From Octopus sinensis (lineage: Eukaryota), in assembly GCF_006345805.1 (NCBI RefSeq), contig NW_021827959.1:1-9365 (forward strand): a stretch of 9,365 nt of DNA, in the 5' to 3' direction. Below the pieces are notes generated by a model. It saw only the letters and a program-made list of their open reading frames with translations, did not search any database and had not been told where the DNA came from. The first letter of the stretch is position 1. Every line of letters begins with the position of its first letter. Positions 1 to 7,157 of the stretch are shown here, piece after piece. The position numbers and the translations under genes are program-made.

Positions 1-379
1 GCATAAAAGAGAGAGAGCATGATGGTGACAGATAGAGAGTGGGAGATTTGATGATCTGAAAGTTGAGTAATTTCCCTTAGCAAATTATATTTTGATGATT
101 ATTTATAGATAACCTTCTCTTTGAAATGACTATTTCAAAAATCGAATTCATTTTGTCTCAAGGACACACCATTTCAGAGCCTTTCAGGGCTAAATACATA
201 TATTTAACCCCATGCACTCTCATTTATATAGTAGATATTTTCTTTTCATTTATATAGTAGTACACAGTAGTGGGTTCTATGGTTGTAAAGATCAGTTACT
301 CATGAATAATATGATTGAAAAGAATTTCAATGATAGATTTTCAACACTACCTCATGTTCTATGCAATTAAAGTTTGCAA

Positions 380-1226
380 TTTAACTTCTTGTTGAATGCT
401 TTCCCAGAGAGTCATGAACTGCTGACAAGGCTTTCAACAATGTTTTGCAGCAACTTAATATGACTCCCTCTTGATTAGGTAATGGTGTTATATTTCTACT
501 CCCAAAAAATGAAGAAACAAATGAACCAAAAAATTACCGACCCATAAACTGCTTAAACATCATGTATAAAATATATCTGTCATGACTGAATATACTTACA
601 ACATTTTAATAGAAAGTGGCATCTTCCCTAATAAACAAAAAGATGTAAATGTAGGTTTTATGGTTATAAAGATCAGTTATTCATGAATCATATGATTTTG
701 GAAGATTGTTACAAACGATATAAGAACTATGGCCTAGATAGACTATAAAAAAGCTTTTGATTGTCTATTACATGGATGGATTGAAAAAAGTTTGAAAATG
801 TATAAAATAGCACCTACTCTTTGAAACTTCTTATCTGTAAGTATGAGATCACAGAAAACTACACTGACTTTGAATAGTGAAAATATATCTTTGAATGCTG
901 ATGTAAGAATTTCATGTGGCATTTTCCAGGATGACTCTCTATCACCACTTTTTTTTCATCTTGCCTTAATACCTCTTTTGAAATTGCTCAATGATGTCCA
1001 ATATGGCTATAAAATTTTTGATAAAAATATAGATCATCTCTTTCACATGGATGATTTAAAGCTCTTTGCAAAAAATGACCAACAACTACAGGACTTACTA
1101 GCAATTGTAAAACAATTCAGTGATGACATCAGGATGAAATTTGGCCTAGATATATGTGCAAAAGCTACCTTTATCAGAGATAAAATGAAAGAAATATCAT
1201 TAAGCTTGACCTACAGAATGTTATAA
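380..1226 (+). pseudogene. Reverse transcriptase domain remnant of the R4/Dong element
   Basis: ORF 843-1226 carries RT motifs GIFQ(G>D)DSLSPL and (Y>H)MDDLKL, then FSDDIRMKFGLD. Upstream motifs lie in other frames. The YKYLG motif expected near 1235-1250 is missing, consistent with a deletion. Confidence 0.88.
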
Positions 1227-1802
1227 AGGAGTTAGAACAGCAAAGAGCAACATTCAGTGACGAGAGAAAAGATCAGGAAAGAATATTATCACAGGGTAAG
1301 AGCAATACTCAAGACAGAGATGAATGCAAGAAACAGGATTAAAGCAATCAATACTTTAGCCAAACCAGTTGTGACTTACAGTTTCAATATTATTAACTGG
1401 TCAATTACTGAAATTTGTAATCTTGACAGAAAAATATGAAAATCGTTGACAATGAATAGAATGTACCACCCTAGGGCAGATATAGAAAGACTTTACCTGC
1501 CAAGAAAAGAGGATGGCTGTGGACTTTTACAACAGGAATTGACAATGAAGAGTGCCACAACTGGCTTAAACACTTACTTGAAAAACTCTGATGTCTGAAT
1601 GCTAAAACTTATCTTAAAGCATGAAAACAAGAAAACCTCACACTAGAAACAAACACAGAAAAAGCTATGTATGAAAACCCTTGCTAAAACTCATGCTTTA
1701 GATAATCTTACTGATAAATGGCAAGAAAAACCTCACAATGGCAAATACCCAAAGAGAGCTAATAATACTGATGTTGACAAAGCCCTTACTTGTTAATGGT
1801 TA

Positions 1803-2456
1803 GTGTCTTCTGGCTTAAAATCAGAGACAGAAGGGTTTATCATAGCAGCCCAAGATAAATGCCTACCTACAAGAAGCTATCAGGCCAACATCTTAAAGAA
1901 TGGCAGTAGCCCAACATGTCATATATGTAAACAACATCAATATCATGTTGTCTCCATGTCTCTTGCACTCACAGAGTATCTCAACAAGCATGATAGAGCA
2001 GCACAGTATATTCACTGGGTAATTTGCAAAGAATTGAACCTGCCCCATAACAAAAACTGGTGGGAACACAAACCACCTCCAGTGTTTGAAAATGATCACA
2101 TCTCACTCCTTTGGAACTTTACTGTTCAAACTGATACAAAGAGAGATGCAAATAGGCCAAGCATTATATTGAAGGATTTCAAAGAAAAATCATGCCACCT
2201 CATCGATATGACTGTCCCAATCAACATAAATGTGTCTGCCAAGACCTACCAAAAGCTGAGGAAGTATAAAGATATTGAAATAGAAAATGGTAAAATGTGT
2301 AAGACAATGCTTGTTATCATAGGTGCCCTGGGAATGATAGTAAAAGGGACTAATTGCTACCTATCTTAGACACCAGGAAATCCAAAAATGGAAGAAATTC
2401 AAAAAATAATGCTCATGGGAACTGCTCATATCCTATGAAAAATATTGTCTATGTAA
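1803..2456 (+). pseudogene. CCHC zinc knuckle and RLE (PD-(D/E)xK) endonuclease remnant of the R4/Dong element
   Basis: ORF 1803-2369 continues in frame past TAG 2367 and TGA 2436 to TAA 2454. The zinc knuckle has lost its last Cys and RPD has become RPS, so it is inferred to be inactive. Confidence 0.85.
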
Positions 2457-2934
2457 TTCCCAAACATTCCCAAAACATTTTAATCAGTAAACATTGTCAA
2501 AAGTACTTTTAAACATACATGATAGCACCTCTTACTGTCGTCTTAAGATTACACTAGCATGTTGTCATCAAATCACTTTTAAAAGAAACTTCTAATTTTC
2601 TTACGTTTTGACAGACATTCTCTAGAATGTGCAAAACCAAAAATATGGCACTCTAGTCATAACACCAACTTGAATTGCTAACTTGTCCCTTGAAGTCTCT
2701 GGGTGAGACTTGGAGTCAACTTGTACAACTACAAAGCAAAAGCCAAACATAATGATATCGATTTAAATGTCTGTGCTGTATTACATGAAGATATTTCGCT
2801 ACTGCCCCTGCCACTTCCCCTCCCAAGCTTTCAGTCATACTGTAACATCTCTTATCCCTAGACCACTGGGTGTGTCTTGGCAAGTGATTGTAACAAACAT
2901 GCAGATTAAAAGTAAATAATAACAACAATAATAA

Positions 2935-2961
2935 CTAGCAGGACCCATGGAAATTCTACAG
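2935..2961 (-). mobile_element. Helitron-like 3' terminus (decayed hairpin + CTAG|T)
   Basis: Minus strand reads CTGTAG-AATTT-CCATGG-GTCCTG-CTAG-T, interpretable as a CpG-decayed CCGTGG/CCACGG hairpin 6 nt before CTAG, followed by T and a (TTA/TTG)n run. No body or 5' TC end identified. Confidence 0.4.
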
Positions 2962-3168
2962 TATAAGTCCATATTTGAAAGCATTATGTTAGTTATATTA
3001 AATACAAGCAAAGTGTTTCAAAAAATTCTTTTGATATCCTGCCTTTTAATAAGGATTGCTTATTTACCTCATTTGATAGATATGATGTGCTTTATAGTTT
3101 AAGGAAATAAAAGCTGAATTAAAAAGATAAAAATTATTCATATATATTGATTAAGTGTTTACTATTTA

Positions 3169-4110
3169 CATCATCATCAACATTTCATGCATGTTTTCCA
3201 TGCTAGCATGGGTTGGACAGCTTGACAGGAACTAGCAAGGCCAGGGGCTGCACCAGGTTCCATAGTCTGTTTTGGCTTGGTTTCTGTCTGGATACCCTTC
3301 CTAATGCCAACCACTCCACAAAGTGTACTGGGTTCTTTTCACATGGCATCATCCATCACCAGTGCTTTTGATGTGACACCAGCACCCACACCAATGCTTT
3401 TTATATAACACCTTGGTTTTAGGATCTCAATTCTGTTGTGGTTGATGGGTGGGTCTTCTCAAGTATAGCAATGTGTCCCATATCTTGGTCTTCTGTCATT
3501 TCCTTCATAAGACCCAATGTCTTAAGATCGGCCTTTAATACTTCATTCTTTGTCTTCCTGGGTCTCCCTTTTCCATAACTTCCCACCACTTTAGGTAATC
3601 AGCACTTCTTTGTGCAACTGTCCTCATCCATATATGTCACATGACCAAACCAACGCAGTCTCCTTTCTTGCACACTGTATCTAATTCCTCTTATGCCCAA
3701 CTTCTCTCTCAATACACCAATGCCCTGTTGCACTTGCACACTGACATTGCACATTCAAGGGAGCATACCAGCTTCATTTCTCTCCAGCCTTTGCATGTCC
3801 TCAGCATTCAGGTCCCATGTCTTACTACCATGCAGCATCATAGTTTGTACACATGTATCATATACTCTTCCCTTCACACAGAGAGATCTTTGGTTGCCAA
3901 TAGAGATAAAAGCTCTCTGAACTTTCTTCATCCCATTCTTATTCTAGAAATTACACTTTCTACACAACTTCCTCCACTGCTAATTAGATCATATAGGTAG
4001 CAAAAATTATCTATAACATCTAGGGAACCATCAGAACATTTAAGGAAATCAGTTTCTTGTGTATCTGTGGCCTTTATGACTGCCTTAAATCTTCCACTAC
4101 AATTTTGTTA
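3169..4110 (-). mobile_element. RTE-clade LINE, 5'-truncated, old copy (RTE copy 1)
   Basis: (CAT)n tail at 3169 and CCATGCTAGCATGG at 3198-3211. The minus strand encodes NFCYLYDLISSGGSC..SRIRMG, ERRLRWFGHV.YMDEDSC and GRPRKT, with stops and frameshifts; the ORF ends at TAA 3419-3421. The 5' boundary (~4110) is uncertain. Confidence 0.88.
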
Positions 4111-4312
4111 AATGTTGTTCCTGAGCTTTATTTATTGTCAGAGTGTAGGACAGTCTTACATGGAACTGAACAGATTCCCAAATGAAGGTTGCAGTCATTT
4201 GGAGCAAGCTTCATGTGAGGTATTAGGAAGAGCATTCCTTCATGAGCACCTGTTATTGAAGTGACTACAATGCAATTATTGTGGAGGTTGACACATCATA
4301 CATGTAGTACAT

Positions 4313-4558
4313 TCTTTATATTTTCTTTTCTTTTACCCTTTTTTCAGTCATTTGACTGCAGCCATGCTGGAGCACCACTTTTTGTTGAACAAATCAACCC
4401 CAGGACTTATTCCTTGTAAGCCTAGTACTTATTCTATCGGTCTCTTTTTGCCAAACCACTAAGTTACGGGGACGTAAACACACCAACATCGGTTGTCAAG
4501 TGATTGTGTGTGTGGGGGGGACAAACACAGACACACAAACATTCATACATACATATAT
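4313..4558 (-). mobile_element. 3' half of a tRNA-derived octopus-type SINE (OK/OR-like) with its internal microsatellite
   Basis: The minus strand ends ...CCAGCATGGCTGCAGTCAAATGACTG (terminal hairpin CAGTC-ATTT-GACTG at 4345-4358) plus an A-rich tail. GGGGGGACAAACACAGACACAC leads into a (CA/TA)n tract that is interrupted by RTE copy 2. The family name is from recall. Confidence 0.75.
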
Positions 4559-5892
4559 ATCATCATCATCATCATCATCGTTTAACGTCTGCTTTGCATG
4601 CTAGCATGGGTTGGATAATTTGACTGAGGACTGGCGAACCAGATGGCTATACCAGGCTCCAATCTGATCAGGCAGAGTTTCTACAACTAGATGCCCTTCC
4701 TAATGCCAACAACTCCGAGAGTGTAGCGGGTGCTTTTATGTGCCACCAGCAAGAGGGCCAGTCAGGCGGTACTGGCAATGGCCACGCTCAAATAGTGCTT
4801 TTTGTGTACCACCTGCACAGGAGCCAGTCCAACGGCACTGGCAACAACCTCGCTCAAATGTTTTTTCATGTGCCACCGGCACAAGTGCCAGTAAGGAGAT
4901 GCTGGTAATGATCACGTTCGAATGGTGCTTTTTACGTTCCACCAACATGGAAGCCAGTTTGCCGCTCTGGCAATGATCACGCTTGGATGGTGCTATTAGT
5001 GCTCCACTAACATGGATGCCAGTCATCGAATTTGATTTCGATTTCACTTGCCTCAACAAGTCTTTGCAAGCAGAGTTTAGTGTCCAATGAAGGAAAGGTA
5101 CGCATAAGTGGGCTGGTTACACCTCTGGTATAGGCCACGAGGTTATGGTCTCATTTGGCTTGCTGGGTCTTCTCAAGCGCAGCATATTTCCAAATGTCAC
5201 TAGTTATTGCCTCGGTGAGGCCTAACGTTCAAAGGTTGTATTTCACCACTTCATCCCAGGTCTTCCAGGGTCTACCTCTTCTACAGGTTCCCTCAACTGA
5301 TAGGGTGTGGGACTTTTTCACACAGCTATCCTCATCCATTCTTGTCACATGACCATACCATCGCAGTCGTCTCTCTTGCACACCACATCTGATGCTGCTT
5401 AGGTCCAACTTTTCTTTCAAGGTACTTACACTCTGTTGAGTATGCACACCGACATTACACATCCATCAGAACATACTGGCTTCATTCTTTGCGAGCTTAC
5501 GCATATCCTTAGCAGGCACGGCCCATGTTTCACTGCCATGTAGCATGGCTGTTCATACACATGCGTCATACAGTCTACCTTTTACTCTGAGCGAGAGGCC
5601 CTTTGTGACCAGTAGAGTTAGGAGCTCTCTGAACTTTGCCCAGGCTATTCTTATTCTAGCAGCTACACTTTCAGTGCACCCTCCCATGCTACTGACTTGG
5701 TCACCAATGTAACGGAAGTTATCAACTACTTCTAGCTTTTCTCCCTGGAATGTGGCGGAAGCTGTTCTCTGCACATTTTCAATGTTTATTGCTCCTGAGC
5801 TTCAGCCACATACAAAAACTATCTTCCCAGTTAGCCTTCCTTTGATATTGCTGCACCTCTTATGTGTCCATAGCTTAACTGGGTACATCTTA
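4559..5892 (-). mobile_element. RTE-clade LINE, 5'-truncated (RTE copy 2)
   Basis: (CAT)6 tail at 4561 and CATGCTAGCATG palindrome at 4597-4608. ORF remnants 5553-5774 (LEVVDNFRYIGD...ARIRIAWAKFREL...KGRLYDACV) and 5229-5462 (ERRLRWYGHVTRM...GRPWKTW); stop TGA at 5151-5153. Truncated inside a Cys/His-rich segment at ~5892. Confidence 0.93.
4730..5025. repeat. 65-bp minisatellite (~4.5 units) in the 3' UTR of RTE copy 2
   Basis: Units start at 4730, 4795, 4860, 4925 and 4990 (exact 65-bp period), each about GTGCTTTT..GTGCCACC.GCAC....GCCAGT.......CTGGCAA.GA.CACG.TC.AATG. Confidence 0.9.
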
Positions 5893-5907
5893 ATATATAC
5901 ATATGTA

Positions 5908-6096
5908 TGGCACATAAAAATCACCCACTACACTCTCAGAGTGGTTGGTGTTAGGAAGGGCGTCCAGCTGTAGAAACTCTGTCAAACCAGACAGGAGCCC
6001 AGTGCAGCCACTGGCTCTCCAGACCCCAGTCAAACTGTCCAACCCATGCCAGCATGGAAACGGATGTTAATCAATAATGATGATGTTGAAGATGAT
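5908..6096 (+). mobile_element. 3'-terminal fragment of the same RTE family, opposite orientation (RTE copy 3)
   Basis: TGGCACATAAAAATCACCCACTACACTC...TTAGGAAGGGCGTCCAGCTGTAGAAAC...CCAACCCATGCCAGCATGGAAACGGATGTT plus a degenerate (GAT)n tail. 5908-5977 matches the reverse complement of 6686-6755 with 6 mismatches in 70 nt. Confidence 0.92.
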
Positions 6097-6297
6097 ATAT
6101 ATTCACACATACATACACACACACTCACTTTGCAAACAACTTGCACATGCAAGCGCTATCAGTTGAAAGCTCCACACTCTGGATGCCAGCAAGTGTATGG
6201 GGTCATAAGGAGAGAATGGATGCATCATTGCGCCCCACCCTCTCTCCACACTGAAATGAGGTCTCACCTGTTAGACCATTTGGCTCTCAAATTTCGC

Positions 6298-6384
6298 TCA
6301 ATATTCTTCTAGCCACTGCTTGTCCGCTCTTTTTAACCAAATCCAGTGGCTTGCCTTTTCCACCATAGTATGGATATCACTCAT
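6298..6384 (-). pseudogene. C-terminal remnant of an RLE-type non-LTR retrotransposon, probably HERO clade
   Basis: Minus strand translates MSDIHTMVEKASHWIWLKRADKQWLEEY*, matching the (A/V)EKASxW(I/L)WLKR..W terminal motif I recall for HERO-clade ORFs. Only 28 codons and not database-confirmed. Confidence 0.55.
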
Positions 6385-6441
6385 GGTGGTGAAGCATCAG
6401 CTAGCCGTCGGCCGCCCTACTGGATCCTGTTGTGTCCACTA

Positions 6442-6515
6442 CTCTGATTGGTTGGTATTGGCGCAATTTGTCTCTTGCACTGTTATGCGCCAATATGCAA
6501 CCCAACCAATCACAG
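6442..6515. other. Imperfect inverted repeat / 74-nt hairpin containing four CCAAT/ATTGG motifs
   Basis: TGATTGGTTGG (6445-6455) pairs with CCAACCAATCA (6502-6512). TATTGGCGCA (6456-6465) pairs with TGCGCCAATA (6486-6495). There is a 6-nt bulge (6496-6501) and a 20-nt loop. Confidence 0.85.
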
Positions 6516-6532
6516 CCTTCTGATAAGGTAGT

Positions 6533-6577
6533 GCTTTGTGAGTAAATTTGGTTGATGGAAACTGAAAGATGATACGT
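6533..6577 (+). mobile_element. Short central fragment of the tRNA-derived SINE
   Basis: GCTTTGTGAGTAAATTTGGTTGATGGAAACTGAAAGA resembles the segment that, from recall of the family, lies between the head (which ends ...CAAAGCCT at 9317) and the internal microsatellite. Confidence 0.65.
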
Positions 6578-7020
6578 ATCATCATCATCATTTAGCGTCC
6601 GTTTTCCATGCTAGCATGGGTTGGACGGTTCAACTGGGGTCTGTGAAGCCAGAAGGCTGCATCAGACCCAGTCTGATCTGGCAGTGTTTCTACAGCTGGA
6701 TGCCCTTCCTAACGCCAACCACTCCGCGAGTGTAGTGGGTGCTTTTTACGTGCCACCCGCACAGGTGCCAGAGGGTGCTGGCAAACGGCCACGAACGGAT
6801 GGTGCTTTTACGTGCCACCGGCACGGGGGCCAGGCAAGGCTGGCAACGGACACGAACGGATGGTGCTTTTATGTGCCACCGGCACGGAGGCCAGTCGGGG
6901 CGGCGCTGGCAACGGCCACGAAGGCGAGGCTGGCAACGGTCACGAACGGATGGTGTTTTAATGTGCCACCGGCACGGGGGCCAGGCGATATTAACAACGG
7001 ACACGAACGGATGGTGCTTG
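6578..7020 (-). mobile_element. Young, 5'-truncated RTE 3' UTR copy with a 61-63-bp minisatellite (RTE copy 4)
   Basis: (ATC)n tail at 6578 and a perfect CCATGCTAGCATGG at 6606-6619. Repeat units start at 6739, 6802, 6863, 6953 and 7014; one unit is lengthened by an internal CTGGCAACGG.CACGAA duplication. CpG-rich. Truncated inside the array. Confidence 0.92.
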
Positions 7021-7157
7021 TATGTATATATATAGATAAAATAAATTAATAAATATATATATATATATATAAAATAAATTAATAAATAAAATAAAACATG
7101 CATATATACATACATATATGTACGTACCCACCTCTACATGTATATATACATGCATAT
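7021..7157. repeat. AT-rich microsatellite/low-complexity tract
   Basis: (TA)n, (CATA)n and a 19-bp direct repeat TAAAATAAATTAATAAATA at 7037-7055 and 7070-7088. Confidence 0.85.

Larger units (their letters stand above)
345..2755 (+). mobile_element. Decayed, 5'-truncated R4/Dong-clade non-LTR retrotransposon (RT + CCHC + restriction-like endonuclease)
   Basis: Ordered clade motifs across broken frames: NYRPINCL (532-555), GYKDQLFMN (~662-688), DYKKAFD (741-761), GIFQDDSLSPL, HLFHMDDLKLFAKN, HPRADIERLYLPRKE, LKSETEGFIIAAQD, CHIC..H, KHD..QYIHW, NRPSIILKD, LIDMTVP, VIIGALG, EIQK..LMGTAHIL ending at TAA 2454-2456. These are followed by a 3' UTR with a terminal stem-loop and a short AATGAT tail. 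Multiple stops, frameshifts and deletions. Ends are approximate. Confidence 0.9.

Noticed and set aside
120-260. 8-bp hairpin TTTGAAAT-GACT-ATTTCAAA (120-139) and 15-bp direct repeat TCATTTATATAGTAG (220-234, 246-260)
   Set aside because: These are short and AT-rich with nothing identifiable between or around them; chance or local slippage is sufficient.
1048-1062. HMDD instead of YMDD as a possible novel RT active site
   Set aside because: The same element has QGD>QDD, RPD>RPS, a broken zinc knuckle, stops and deletions, so neutral decay is the simpler explanation.
3641-4000. + strand ORFs 3641-4000 and 3693-3920 (also 5155-5352 and 5752-5973)
   Set aside because: They are antisense shadows of RTE coding remnants, with no independent motifs.
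4110-4312. Unassigned segment as a possible cryptic exon
   Set aside because: The short open frames show no family resemblance and no convincing acceptor/donor pair.
4730-7020. Regularly spaced repeats (4730-5025, 6739-7020) resembling CRISPR arrays
   Set aside because: The whole unit is repeated with no unique spacers, the arrays lie inside LINE 3' UTRs, the context is eukaryotic and there are no cas genes.
4736-7115. ORFs 4736-5059, 4740-4976, 6621-7049, 6690-7115 and 6739-7035 with repetitive peptides
   Set aside because: They are open only because the GC-rich minisatellite lacks stops, and they cross TE boundaries.
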